DNA of 64,000 nucleotides from Patescibacteria group bacterium (GCA_041649475.1 JBAZNA010000001.1:611308-675307); one strand, 5' to 3'; counted from the stretch's first letter, positions 49,743 to 59,154 are shown. Made by a program: numbers and translations. The notes: a model not told the origin generated them from the sequence alone.

Positions 49743-50333
49743 TTATTTACCCACATTGGATAACTTTATCCATTTATTCGCCTGCAAATGCCAATCGGCA
49801 ACCTCAGCATCCTGTAGAGTTTCCCAAATTTTCTTGGCTGAATCAGTATATAATTTTTCATCATAAACTAGTTGGCGAAACTTTTCCATTTTCGCCGGCA
49901 ATTTAGAACCACGCTCCTCCAGTTCCTTAAGTTCCAAATCAACATCCAAATTATCAGCGTCTTTAACAATTTTTGCTTCAATGGTTTCCCGGGCTTCATA
50001 TTCTTTTAAAATCGTTTCATGCAAATCATTAAGCAAGGTGCCGCCAAATAAATCTTGTGCCGCTTTTTCTTCGTCGGCTTTGACGTATACTTTTTGCACA
50101 TAACCAAGATCAGAAGTTCTCGTTTCAACAATATCATGAACTAAAGCCATCTTTATAATTTTTTCTTCACTTTTTACCCCTTCCATTCGGGCAATCATAA
50201 GAGCGAGCCAGACCACTCTGATAGTATGCTCGAGCACGCTGGCACAATCCATGCCAAGATGCTGCCCCCAACCCCTTTGCATATTTCTTAGCGAGCCAAC
50301 CTCAAATAAAAAATCCAGATCTTTTTTATTCAT
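49743..50333 (-). CDS. HD domain phosphohydrolase (YfbR/HDDC2-like)
   Basis: SVLEHTIRV, MALVHDIVETRTSD, EAKIVKDADNLD. Confidence 0.88.
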   Translation of the reverse strand: MNKKDLDFLFEVGSLRNMQRGWGQHLGMDCASVLEHTIRVVWLALMIARMEGVKSEEKIIKMALVHDIVETRTSDLGYVQKVYVKADEEKAAQDLFGGTLLNDLHETILKEYEARETIEAKIVKDADNLDVDLELKELEERGSKLPAKMEKFRQLVYDEKLYTDSAKKIWETLQDAEVADWHLQANKWIKLSNVGK

Positions 50334-50344
50334 AAACGAGGCGC

Positions 50345-50590
50345 TTATTTTTTTATCACCACGATTGTGCAATTGGCCAAAAGCGCGGCCAAAGCGCCGA
50401 CCGCGGCCAAAACCGGTAACAGCACCGTGCCCACCACGCCGATGGTTAAAGGAATTTCTATAACCGAATCCCCTTTGTCGTTTTTAATAATAATCTTTCG
50501 GGCATTGCCTTCGGCGATGATTTCTTTGATTTTTTTGACAATATCTTCGCCGGAAACCTTAAACTCCTCCTTTTGTTCATTTTGGTCCAT
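50345..50590 (-). CDS. DUF4342 domain-containing protein
   Basis: VKKIKEIIAEGNARKIIIK..IEIPLTIG..LAAVGALAA. Confidence 0.85.
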   Translation of the reverse strand: MDQNEQKEEFKVSGEDIVKKIKEIIAEGNARKIIIKNDKGDSVIEIPLTIGVVGTVLLPVLAAVGALAALLANCTIVVIKK

Positions 50591-50613
50591 ACAGTTATTT
50601 GTTAGATGAATAT

Positions 50614-50853
50614 TTAATAATTATATCCTAAAAGGCGCTGCCTTTGCAAATAAAGCCGCTCAATTTCTTTGGCCAACAAATAATCTTTTTCAGTCACCTT
50701 ACCACCGGCATCATGCGTTTTGAGATCAAAAATAATTTTGTTGTAATAGATGTGAATATCCGGGTGGTGATTTATTTCATTACAGTATGGCGCCAGTTTA
50801 TTTACGAAACTGACGGCTTCTGAAAAATCTTTAAATTGATATTCTTTAGTCAT
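50614..50853 (-). CDS. Pterin-4a-carbinolamine dehydratase family protein (short)
   Basis: FKDFSEAVSFVN, NHHPDI, THDAGGKVTEKD; ATG at 50853 overlaps the upstream stop. Confidence 0.8.
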   Translation of the reverse strand: MTKEYQFKDFSEAVSFVNKLAPYCNEINHHPDIHIYYNKIIFDLKTHDAGGKVTEKDYLLAKEIERLYLQRQRLLGYNY

Positions 50854-51121
50854 CTTGGGAATCGTTAATCTCGTTTTCAAGCTGATCACTTCCAAGCCGA
50901 CTACTGCGTTCTGGCGTAGAGGTTGAAACATGTTCGTTTTCAGATGTTGAAGTGGAAACACGTTCTCTTTCACTGTCATCGCCTTTTGCAGTCACACTAT
51001 ATTTTGGGTGATTCGCAGTCCCCGGCAAAGGCGTGGCCACTTTGGCCAACGACAGAACCGGCAAAAGAACAGACGCGCCCGCTAAAAGCGAAGCTGATGC
51101 ATACTTTATAATATTTTTCAT
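50846..51121 (-). CDS. Small secreted low-complexity protein
   Basis: Signal peptide MKNIIKYASASLLAGASVLLPVLSLA followed by VSTST repeats. Confidence 0.55.
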   Translation of the reverse strand: MKNIIKYASASLLAGASVLLPVLSLAKVATPLPGTANHPKYSVTAKGDDSERERVSTSTSENEHVSTSTPERSSRLGSDQLENEINDSQDD

Positions 51122-51192
51122 AAAATTAGTAATTAAATATAAAAATCATACCTACTTAGTAGGTTATCAGAGCATAAAAATATTGTCCAGTC

Positions 51193-51957
51193 CTATCTAA
51201 AAAATACGAGGAGTAAAATTACGGCGCCCAGGAACAGCCGGTACCAGAAAAAAACCGCGTATCCGCGCTTCTCCAAAAATCTCAATAAATATTTAATGGC
51301 CAAAAAACCGCTGATGGCTGAAGCCAAGATTCCGATCAGAAGCGGCGCATTAAAATCCGACTCAAATAAATGCGGCAATTTCACCAGAGCCGCGCCGGCG
51401 ATTATTGGCGTGGAAAGCAAAAATGAAAATCGGGCCGCGCTGATTTTGTTTAATTTTCTGGCCAAACCGGCAGTGATAGTGGCGCCTGACCTTGAGATAC
51501 CGGGAATAATAGCCAAAGTTTGGGCCAAACCAATCCAGATGGCATCTTTTAAATTCACTTCTTTAATATCTTTGCCATCTTTTGATTTTTTATCAACGAA
51601 GTATAAAACAATACCGGCCAAAATTAAAGTGCAGGCAATAATAATCGGCGACCGAAAAACAGTTTCAGCTTTGCTTTCCAGCAAGACCCCAAAAATCGCG
51701 CCCGGAATCGTGCCAATAACTAGCCACAGTAACATGCCATTTTTCCAATTTTTGAAAATATCTAACCAGTCCCTCCAAAAAAATGCCAGCACAGCCAATA
51801 ACGTGCCGACATGCAAGGCCACATCAAAAGATAGACCCGGATCAGGCCAATTAAAAAAATATGGAATTAAGATGAGGTGCGCTGTGGATGAGATCGGCAA
51901 AAATTCGCCAATCCCCTGCACCAGACCCAAAATTAGGGCTTGAAAAATGGTTAACAT
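51193..51957 (-). CDS. uppP: Undecaprenyl-diphosphate phosphatase
   Basis: QGIGEFLPISSTAH, LHVGT, PGISRSGATI, AARFSFLLS. Confidence 0.96.
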   Translation of the reverse strand: MLTIFQALILGLVQGIGEFLPISSTAHLILIPYFFNWPDPGLSFDVALHVGTLLAVLAFFWRDWLDIFKNWKNGMLLWLVIGTIPGAIFGVLLESKAETVFRSPIIIACTLILAGIVLYFVDKKSKDGKDIKEVNLKDAIWIGLAQTLAIIPGISRSGATITAGLARKLNKISAARFSFLLSTPIIAGAALVKLPHLFESDFNAPLLIGILASAISGFLAIKYLLRFLEKRGYAVFFWYRLFLGAVILLLVFFR

Positions 51958-52049
51958 AAGAAATATTATAGACCCTTTTTATGATTCTTGCAAAAATGAT
52001 ATTGTTGTGTTAGTTTTAAGGCAAACCTTTACGTAAATGGAGGGAAGTC

Positions 52050-52691
52050 ATGACCCAGCGAGAGATCCTGGATCTGTTCGCGTCTCTGGGCGCCATCATA
52101 ACGGGCACCCACGTGGTGTACAAGTCACATAAGCACGGCAGTACCTATGTCAACAAGGACGCCATCTACCCCCACACCAGGGCGATTTCCGTCCTCTGCC
52201 GGAGGATCGCCAATGACTGCGCCTTGACCAAAGCGGGCATTGAAGTGGTGGTCGGCCCAGCCATGGGAGGCATCATCCTGTCCCAGTGGGTGGCCCACCA
52301 CCTCTCTACATTCGGCACAGATGAGGTCCTAGCCGTCTACGCCGAGAAGAATGGGGATGACTTCATCATCAAACGCGGCCAGGACAAGCTGCTCAAGGAC
52401 AAACGGGTCGTGGTGGTGGAGGACGTCCTGACCACCGGCGGATCGGTGAAGAAGGTGGTCCAGGCCGTGCGCGACTGCGGCGGACACGTGGACTGCGTCT
52501 TCGCCCTCTGCAACCGCGGCGGCGTGACCGCCAGCATGATCGACGCGCCCATCCTCTGCTCCCTGGTCAATGTCACCATGGACGCCTTCGACCCGGCGGA
52601 CTGCCCGCTCTGCCGCGGCCACGTGCCGATCAACACCGAGGTCGGTCACGGGGCCGAGTTCCTGGTCGCGCATCCCGAGATGAAATTCTAA
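52050..52691 (+). CDS. pyrE: Orotate phosphoribosyltransferase (GC-rich)
   Basis: PRPP motif VVVVEDVLTTGGS, GPAMGG, C-terminal CPLC; paired with pyrF; GGAGG SD. Confidence 0.88.
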   Translation: MTQREILDLFASLGAIITGTHVVYKSHKHGSTYVNKDAIYPHTRAISVLCRRIANDCALTKAGIEVVVGPAMGGIILSQWVAHHLSTFGTDEVLAVYAEKNGDDFIIKRGQDKLLKDKRVVVVEDVLTTGGSVKKVVQAVRDCGGHVDCVFALCNRGGVTASMIDAPILCSLVNVTMDAFDPADCPLCRGHVPINTEVGHGAEFLVAHPEMKF

Positions 52692-52726
52692 CCCTGACAG
52701 GACCACACAACTGGAAGGAGAAGGCC

Positions 52727-53446
52727 ATGTCCGATAGGTGCAATCCCGCCAACGAGGCGGTTAACCCGATCGTGGTCGCGCTCGACGGCAAAAGCTGGGA
52801 TGAGATCCTGACGCTCATTCTCCAGCTCCGGACCACGGGCTGTATCCTCAAGGTCAACGACCTGCTCTTTGCCGAGGGCATCAACAACCTCCTGCCGAAG
52901 CTCTCGGCCCACGGCCGCGTGATGGCCGACCTCAAGTGCCACGACATCCCCAACACGGTGGAAAACACCGTCAAGCGCTTGCGGGCCTGCCCGCCCTGGG
53001 CAGTGACCATCCACGCTTCGGCCGGCATGGAGGCGCTCGAGTCGGCCGTCAAGGTGCTGGAGGACACCCCCACGAAGGTGCTGGCCATCACCGTGCTCAC
53101 CTCCATCGATCCGGTGGCCTGCCAGGAGATCTACAACCGCAACCCCCTGGATCAGATCCTGAACCTGGCGAACATCGCCAAGGAGGCCGGCGTCCACGGC
53201 TTTGTTTGCTCGCCGGAGGAGGTCGGGCAACTCAAGAGGGTGTACCCGAAGATGACCTACGTCGTGCCGGGCATCCGTTCGCCCGGCATCAACCCTGGCG
53301 ACCAGAAGCGTATCTCTACGCCCAAGGCCGCGATGGAGGCCGGCGCCAACCACATCGTGATGGGGCGCCAGATCCTGAACGCGCCGAACCCGGTGGAGGA
53401 GGTTCGCCGGGTACTCAAGGAGGAACTGAACATCGAACTGAAGTAG
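52727..53446 (+). CDS. pyrF: Orotidine-5'-phosphate decarboxylase (GC-rich)
   Basis: IVVALD, DLKCHDIPNTV, ITVLTS, VPGIR, DQKR, VMGRQI; AAGGAG SD. Confidence 0.95.
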   Translation: MSDRCNPANEAVNPIVVALDGKSWDEILTLILQLRTTGCILKVNDLLFAEGINNLLPKLSAHGRVMADLKCHDIPNTVENTVKRLRACPPWAVTIHASAGMEALESAVKVLEDTPTKVLAITVLTSIDPVACQEIYNRNPLDQILNLANIAKEAGVHGFVCSPEEVGQLKRVYPKMTYVVPGIRSPGINPGDQKRISTPKAAMEAGANHIVMGRQILNAPNPVEEVRRVLKEELNIELK

Positions 53447-53450
53447 TGAC

Positions 53451-53488
53451 GGGGGCACTCTGCGCCATCGCGGAGCCGCCCCTTTTTT
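53451..53488 (+). terminator. Intrinsic terminator after pyrF
   Basis: GGGGC..CTCTGCG-CCAT-CGCGGAG..GCCCC followed by TTTTTT. Confidence 0.75.
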
Positions 53489-53505
53489 AATTTATTATAA
53501 AAATC

Positions 53506-54618
53506 TTATTTCCAAAAAACAAAATCAGCCGCTTTGTCTTCCGGCTCAACAAACCTTATCACTTTAATCATTTGGTCGCTGGTGATGGTCCAATCAATAC
53601 CTTTGCCGGCCGGAAAAACTAAACGATAGGGATCACCGGCATCCGTAAGGCAGTTTGGGCAGACCACCCGGCTATCTGTCTTAAAATTAATTTTTTCATT
53701 GTCCGTTTCAACTTTTGTAAATTGGATGTCTTTCTGGAGCGGTTCAAGCAATTGCAGATGATAAATATATTTCTTACTGGACGGATCAAAACGTGAAGTA
53801 AAATCACCCGCTTTGTTGTAGCGATCCACAAAAGTAAGCGACTGCTGTGTATAAACGAGAGGCAAATCCCCGCCGATCGCGATATTCACATTCTCCGTCC
53901 GGTCACGCAATCTTACTTTACCAAAAAACGGATAAACCAAAAGCGTTGCTGAAACAATAAATAAAGAAATGAAATAAAAAAAATTGCGCCAAACCGTGCT
54001 GGTTTTAAAATAGACAAAAATATTGCCTAAAACATTTCTAATCGCAAGAGAAATGAAAATAAGCGGGGCGATGCTAAAAAATGTTGATATTACATAAAAA
54101 TTAAAACCATTAAGCCGAATTTCTTTTAAACCGCGAAAAATTCCCCAATCAAGGGGCGGAATAGGAACAAAATAAATGCCAAGGGCAAAAATTAAAAAAA
54201 TAATATTGGCCACCGGATGATATTTTTTACCAAACCACAGGAACAAAACAAACACCGCAAAAAGAATAATTGTCGGGAGGGATAATATGTTTAAAAAAAG
54301 AGGAATAGTGGACAAAACCAGTAAAACCGCAAACAGCCGGTTAAAAACCATCTCCAACGTGGTTAAAGCAAACTGACTTTGCTTTGGCACCGTTACCGGT
54401 GTGACCACTTCCGGACGCGACTTCATTCTTTTGGAAATCGGCGCAAATATAGCCCACACAATTCCGGCCACAAAAATAAAAACGCAGATAAAAAAGATGA
54501 TGGCGGCAATTCCTTCCAACCCATTACCAGGAAAAATTGTTTTATTGGCTAAAACAAAAAAATCCAATAATAATAAAATTATTGAACCGATGATGAGATG
54601 AGAGGGGTGAATTTTCAT
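53506..54618 (-). CDS. Hypothetical polytopic membrane protein with a soluble C-terminal domain
   Basis: 370-aa ORF, about 7 hydrophobic segments, then a CPNC-containing domain. Confidence 0.7.
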   Translation of the reverse strand: MKIHPSHLIIGSIILLLLDFFVLANKTIFPGNGLEGIAAIIFFICVFIFVAGIVWAIFAPISKRMKSRPEVVTPVTVPKQSQFALTTLEMVFNRLFAVLLVLSTIPLFLNILSLPTIILFAVFVLFLWFGKKYHPVANIIFLIFALGIYFVPIPPLDWGIFRGLKEIRLNGFNFYVISTFFSIAPLIFISLAIRNVLGNIFVYFKTSTVWRNFFYFISLFIVSATLLVYPFFGKVRLRDRTENVNIAIGGDLPLVYTQQSLTFVDRYNKAGDFTSRFDPSSKKYIYHLQLLEPLQKDIQFTKVETDNEKINFKTDSRVVCPNCLTDAGDPYRLVFPAGKGIDWTITSDQMIKVIRFVEPEDKAADFVFWK

Positions 54619-54624
54619 AGTTTC

Positions 54625-54990
54625 CTAAACTTTTTGCAAAACCACTGACCGAAATTTGCAATCCACAATGGCTTTATACCCAAACTTGGTCAATAAATTA
54701 ATACCAGCCAAAGGTGAACTTTCGGAAATTAACACTTCAACATATTTTGTTTCTCCCTCCATTGCCGCAACTGCCAGAGCAACCGGCACGTCAACCACAT
54801 CACCATTGGCAATCTGCGTCTTGGTAACACCAGCAACTTTCACACCGAGTTCTTCGGCTATTTGGGGCGTCACTTGCAAATCTCCGGTAAATCCAGTGTC
54901 CAAAATAACAAAAGGAACTTGCACTGATCGTACCCAAGCCACGACCACTTTAATCCATGGCGTATTTTCAACAAACCCTCCTTTTATCAT
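54625..54990 (-). CDS. Clan AA (retropepsin-like) aspartic protease
   Basis: ILDTGFTGDL catalytic motif, IANG flap, PLAGINLL. Confidence 0.88.
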   Translation of the reverse strand: MIKGGFVENTPWIKVVVAWVRSVQVPFVILDTGFTGDLQVTPQIAEELGVKVAGVTKTQIANGDVVDVPVALAVAAMEGETKYVEVLISESSPLAGINLLTKFGYKAIVDCKFRSVVLQKV

Positions 54991-54993
54991 AAA

Positions 54994-55269
54994 TTATTTA
55001 TGCTTAAATGATCTGACCGTTGTTTCAGCAGAATCAAAACCTATTTTAACAACATAAAATACTTTATCAGGGTGATGCTCTCGCGCCAATCTTAACGCCT
55101 CAGCACTGGTTTCGCCCAAATATACACCCTTACTATCAATGTCAATGGCCAAAAATTTTCCACGTTCTTGGGGATCATATTTTACCTTGATCTGTTCATA
55201 AATTTTTTCTCCCTCATCAGCAATTTTCTGGATATCGGCTTTGTTAATGAACTCTTCATCGTTACTCAT
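54994..55269 (-). CDS. Small DUF5678-like partner protein of the aspartic protease
   Basis: GKFLAIDIDS..YLGE...A...AR..HPDKVFYVVKIG; 3 bp upstream of the protease. Confidence 0.7.
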   Translation of the reverse strand: MSNDEEFINKADIQKIADEGEKIYEQIKVKYDPQERGKFLAIDIDSKGVYLGETSAEALRLAREHHPDKVFYVVKIGFDSAETTVRSFKHK

Positions 55270-55408
55270 AGATAGCTAGTTAAAAGGAAAATTATATAAT
55301 CAGTATATCATAAAGATTAAAAAAATGAATAATTTTATAATACTCCTAACGACCTTAGGAAAAGATAAATTTAGAGTAAAATTTTGATAAAAAGACCCCT
55401 GTTGGATG

Positions 55409-55494
55409 CGGAAGGGGCGAGATTCGAACTCGCGATGGCTTGCGCCAAACCGCCTTTCCAGGGCGGCGCCATAGACCAACTAGGCGACCCTTCC
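55409..55494 (-). tRNA. tRNA-Ser(GGA)
   Basis: Acceptor stem GGAAGGG/CCCTTCC + G, anticodon arm CCGCC-CTGGAAA-GGCGG, long variable arm, GTTCGAATC T-loop; CCA not encoded. Confidence 0.96.
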
Positions 55495-55501
55495 AGTTTG
55501 C

Positions 55502-56296
55502 CTAAACTTCGTAAGTAGCTGAAGTTTTCCGCTTAATCTTATGCCAAAACAAAGCCAAAGTCAACCCGATCACAACCGCAATCATCCCCCACTGCGCCGG
55601 AGTCAAATAAAAATACCGGACATCAGCGCCGGGCAAATCGCTGGCACGCAAAAAATCCAGAAAAAATCGCACCACCGCATAACCCAAAAAAGACAAACCA
55701 GCCGCCAAGCCCCAACGAATTTTTACCAATTTCTTAAACAGCACAAAGAAGATGATAAAAAGTCCAAATCCAAGTATAGAATCCATGAGTCCCAGATCAA
55801 ATCTGGCTCCGCCCGGATAATTCACAGCCAAAAAGAAATTTGTCAGCTTTCCCGGATGATCATTTATCATATAACAACCAATCCGGCCAATTCCCCACCC
55901 CAGCCACAAACTCACGGCCGCCACATCAAAATACGGCAGAAGTTCGCGCCAGGAAAATTTTTTTATTTTTGCAAAAATCCAAACTGCCATTAAGGCGCCC
56001 ACAAACCCGCCCAAAGAAGACGCTCCGCCATTCCAAAATTTTATAATCTCCGCCGGATGCAAAACATAATAATACGGCTCATAAAAAACTACATGAAAAA
56101 CGCGCGCCATAATAAACGCGCCAATCACTGCCCAAGTAGCCAAATCCAGCATCACCACTTCGGAAAGTATATACTTTTGCGACAACTTATACGCCAAAAT
56201 AATGGCCGCCACCAAACCCAAAGACACCCATAGTCCCCACACTTGTATAGGGACCGGGCCTAAATCAATTGTGCTGAAATGAAAATACGGAAGCAT
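55502..56296 (-). CDS. lgt: Prolipoprotein diacylglyceryl transferase
   Basis: IDLGPVPIQVWG, ARVFHV, GGASSLGG, IGRIGC, RFFLDFLR. Confidence 0.92.
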   Translation of the reverse strand: MLPYFHFSTIDLGPVPIQVWGLWVSLGLVAAIILAYKLSQKYILSEVVMLDLATWAVIGAFIMARVFHVVFYEPYYYVLHPAEIIKFWNGGASSLGGFVGALMAVWIFAKIKKFSWRELLPYFDVAAVSLWLGWGIGRIGCYMINDHPGKLTNFFLAVNYPGGARFDLGLMDSILGFGLFIIFFVLFKKLVKIRWGLAAGLSFLGYAVVRFFLDFLRASDLPGADVRYFYLTPAQWGMIAVVIGLTLALFWHKIKRKTSATYEV

Positions 56297-56298
56297 TT

Positions 56299-56360
56299 TA
56301 TTTACGATGTGAGTGAGAGAAGAGCAAATGTTTTTGCTCTTCTGAACGAACGAGTAAATA
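56299..56360 (+). other. Intergenic hairpin with three tandem G.A mismatches
   Basis: TATTTAC-GA-T-GT-GA-GT-GA-G-AGAAGAGCAAA loop TTTGCTCTTCT-GA-AC-GA-AC-GA-GTAAATA. Confidence 0.7.
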
Positions 56361-56373
56361 TATCCCGCAGGGT

Positions 56374-57720
56374 CTACTTTTTTAAGTATGGCAAAATTTC
56401 GTCCGGCCGATTTATCAATCGCAAATAATCTTCATCCAATTGGGAAATGGTTTTATACTCCTGATGCAAATTATGAATAATATCCAAAAGCGGCTGCCAA
56501 AATTCCTGGCCATATAACAAGGTTGGTATCGGCGCAATTTTTTTGGTTTCCTGCAAAGTGAGCATTTCAAACAATTGATGCATTGTGCCGAATCCGCCCG
56601 GAAAAAACACAAACGCCTCGGAGGGCGCGGTGATAATTAATTTTCTCACAAACGGAAAGAAAAAACTGATTGATTTGGACAAATAACTATTTATTCGTTC
56701 TTTTCCTTCCACGCGCATGGTGATGCCGATGCTCTCTCCGTTTTTTTCAAATGCGCCCTTGTTAGCCGCTTCCATGATGCCCGGACCGCCGCCGGTCAAA
56801 GTTAAGTACTGATGCTGTGCTAAAAGTTTTCCCATCTCATAGGCCGCGTTGTAATAGGTCGTACCCGGCAAAATGCTTTTCGTTCCCAAAATAGTTACGT
56901 CGCGGGAAATTTTTGTCAAAAATTCAAAACCGTCAACCAGTTCGGCCATAATCCTGAAAATCCGCCAATCAAGTCCGCCCTGGCACAAGGGGCTATCATC
57001 CCCCACTTTACAAAAATTGGAGCGATCAGAAGATGTTTTAATTATTTCAAAGGCCTCTTCGGCAGTGCCAACAATATGCCACTTATCCAGATCAGCTTCG
57101 TTTATGGCGTGTATTTCTTTGGAGGATTTATTCCGCAAAAAATCAACCACCGGCTGCCAAAACTCGCGGCCGACTAAAACCACGGGCACTTTTTCCATAT
57201 GCCCCATTTCCATAGAATCAACCACTTCAAAAAATTCATCAAACGTGCCGAATCCGCCCGGAAAAAACACGAAAGCATTGGCCGGCGACGTCAGCATCAC
57301 CTTGCGGGTGAAGAAATAATAAAGAGCGATTGATTTTTTTACGTAAGGGTTAACCCGCTGTTCCAGCGGCAGTTGGATATTTAAGCCGACTGATTCGCCG
57401 CCGGCTTCAAACGCACCTTTGTTGGCCGCTTCCATGATGCCCGGACCGCCGCCGGTAATGGTGGTAAATCCGTTCTTGCCCAACAACTTTCCCAGCTCTT
57501 CCGCAATTTTGTAATATTTATTATTGCTCGGGATGCGGGCCGAACCCAAAATGGTAACCTCTTTGGAAAAGCCGGCCAAAAATTGATAACCTTCCACAAA
57601 CTCGGTCATGACTTTAAAAATTCTCCAGCTGTCGCGGTAGTTGACCACTTCACCGGCAGTGGCAATAGGAGGGGCCAGAAGCGCCGGAACCGCGTTTTTT
57701 TCTTTGGTAGCTTTGGGCAT
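56374..57720 (-). CDS. Tandem two-domain LOG family (TIGR00730-like) protein
   Basis: Two TGGGPGIMEAANKGA motifs and two FFPGGFGT motifs. Confidence 0.92.
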   Translation of the reverse strand: MPKATKEKNAVPALLAPPIATAGEVVNYRDSWRIFKVMTEFVEGYQFLAGFSKEVTILGSARIPSNNKYYKIAEELGKLLGKNGFTTITGGGPGIMEAANKGAFEAGGESVGLNIQLPLEQRVNPYVKKSIALYYFFTRKVMLTSPANAFVFFPGGFGTFDEFFEVVDSMEMGHMEKVPVVLVGREFWQPVVDFLRNKSSKEIHAINEADLDKWHIVGTAEEAFEIIKTSSDRSNFCKVGDDSPLCQGGLDWRIFRIMAELVDGFEFLTKISRDVTILGTKSILPGTTYYNAAYEMGKLLAQHQYLTLTGGGPGIMEAANKGAFEKNGESIGITMRVEGKERINSYLSKSISFFFPFVRKLIITAPSEAFVFFPGGFGTMHQLFEMLTLQETKKIAPIPTLLYGQEFWQPLLDIIHNLHQEYKTISQLDEDYLRLINRPDEILPYLKK

Positions 57721-57729
57721 AAACAAAAA

Positions 57730-59154
57730 TTATTGTTCAAGTTTGTTGCCAATATTTAAAACGATTTCCTCTTTCAGACGCGGGCCGGTAATTTGCACCC
57801 CGACCGGCAGACCGGCAGAATTTTTTTCCGCAAAAACGTTTAAAGCCGGCATACCCGCCACGGCGGCCGGAGAAACCATTACGTCAGCCATATACAGAGC
57901 GAGCGGATCGTTAATTTTTTCACCAATGCCAAAAGCCGCAAACGGCGAAGTTGGTGTAATCAGTGCGTCAACTTTTGTAAACACCTCGTCAAAGTCCTTT
58001 TTAATCAAAGTTCGAACGGTCTGCGCTTTTTTGTAATATGCGTCATAATAGCCGGCCGAAAGCGCGTAGGTGCCAATTAAAATTCGGCGCTTTACCTCTT
58101 CCGGGAAACCTTGCTCGCGCGAACGGGCATATAAATCATATAAATTTTTATTTGGTTTGCGCACGCCGTAACGAACACCATCTAAGCGTCCCAAATTTGA
58201 ACTGTCTTCGCTGGGAACAATAATATAGTAAACCGCGATTGAATATTTGGTGTAGGGCAAACTGACATCAACAATTTTACAGCCCAACTTTTTTAATTTT
58301 TCAATTTGTTTAAAAGTGATGGCTTTGACTTCATCATCCAAACCCTCGGCCTCAAAATATTCTTTGGGAATGCCGATTTTCATGCCTTTCAAATCTTTTT
58401 CAATAGTTTTTGTATATTTTGGGACTTTGTCCGTCACGGTCGTGGCGTCAAGCGGATCATTGCCGGCGATTAGTTCCATAACCAAAGCCGTGTCGTAAAC
58501 GGTTTTCGTAATCGGACCGACTGTATCCAAAGAAGAACCCATCGGCATAATTCCGTATCGGGAATTGCGACCATAACTTGGACGCAGACCGTCAACTCCG
58601 CAAAAACTGGCGGGCTGGCGAATTGAACCGCCGGTATCTTCGGCAATGGAATAAATACACATGTGATCAGCCACGCTGGCCGCCGACCCGCCCGATGAAC
58701 CGCCGGCCACTTTGGTTAAATCGTGCGGATTTTTTACCGGACCATACATGCTGTTTTCATTGCTGGCGCCGTGGCCGAAGGCGTCACAATTTGTTTTGCC
58801 GATTAAGACCCCGCCCTGCGCCCGGATTTTTTTTATCACCGTGGCATCGTAAGGCGGAATATAATTATCCAAAATTTTGGCCGAGCCGGTTGAACGCACG
58901 CCGGCCGTGCAAATCGCGTCTTTTACAGAAAATGGAATGCCGGTTAAAACCGTGGCCTCACCTTCAGCAATCAAACCATCGGCCACTTCGGCATCTTCCA
59001 AAGCGCCTTCTTCGTTTATAGTGATAAAGGCATTTATCTCTTTATTTCTTTTTGAAATTTTTTTTAAGCAGGCCTCGGTGAGTTCAACTGAAGTAAAATC
59101 GCCTTTTTTCAAGCCCTCGGCCGCTTCTTTAATTGTCAGTTCGTTTAAGTTCAT
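57730..59154 (-). CDS. gatA: Asp/Glu-tRNA amidotransferase subunit A
   Basis: Amidase signature GGSSGGSAA, DTGGSIRQPASFCG, EVKRRILIGTYALSAGYYDAYY. Confidence 0.97.
   Translation of the reverse strand: MNLNELTIKEAAEGLKKGDFTSVELTEACLKKISKRNKEINAFITINEEGALEDAEVADGLIAEGEATVLTGIPFSVKDAICTAGVRSTGSAKILDNYIPPYDATVIKKIRAQGGVLIGKTNCDAFGHGASNENSMYGPVKNPHDLTKVAGGSSGGSAASVADHMCIYSIAEDTGGSIRQPASFCGVDGLRPSYGRNSRYGIMPMGSSLDTVGPITKTVYDTALVMELIAGNDPLDATTVTDKVPKYTKTIEKDLKGMKIGIPKEYFEAEGLDDEVKAITFKQIEKLKKLGCKIVDVSLPYTKYSIAVYYIIVPSEDSSNLGRLDGVRYGVRKPNKNLYDLYARSREQGFPEEVKRRILIGTYALSAGYYDAYYKKAQTVRTLIKKDFDEVFTKVDALITPTSPFAAFGIGEKINDPLALYMADVMVSPAAVAGMPALNVFAEKNSAGLPVGVQITGPRLKEEIVLNIGNKLEQ

Noticed and set aside
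52329-53490. Several long alternative-frame and antisense ORFs over pyrE-pyrF
   Set aside because: Expected from stop-codon scarcity in high-GC coding DNA; no recognisable motifs
52050-55494. Integrated prophage or island at tRNA-Ser
   Set aside because: No integrase, phage genes or duplicated tRNA 3' end seen
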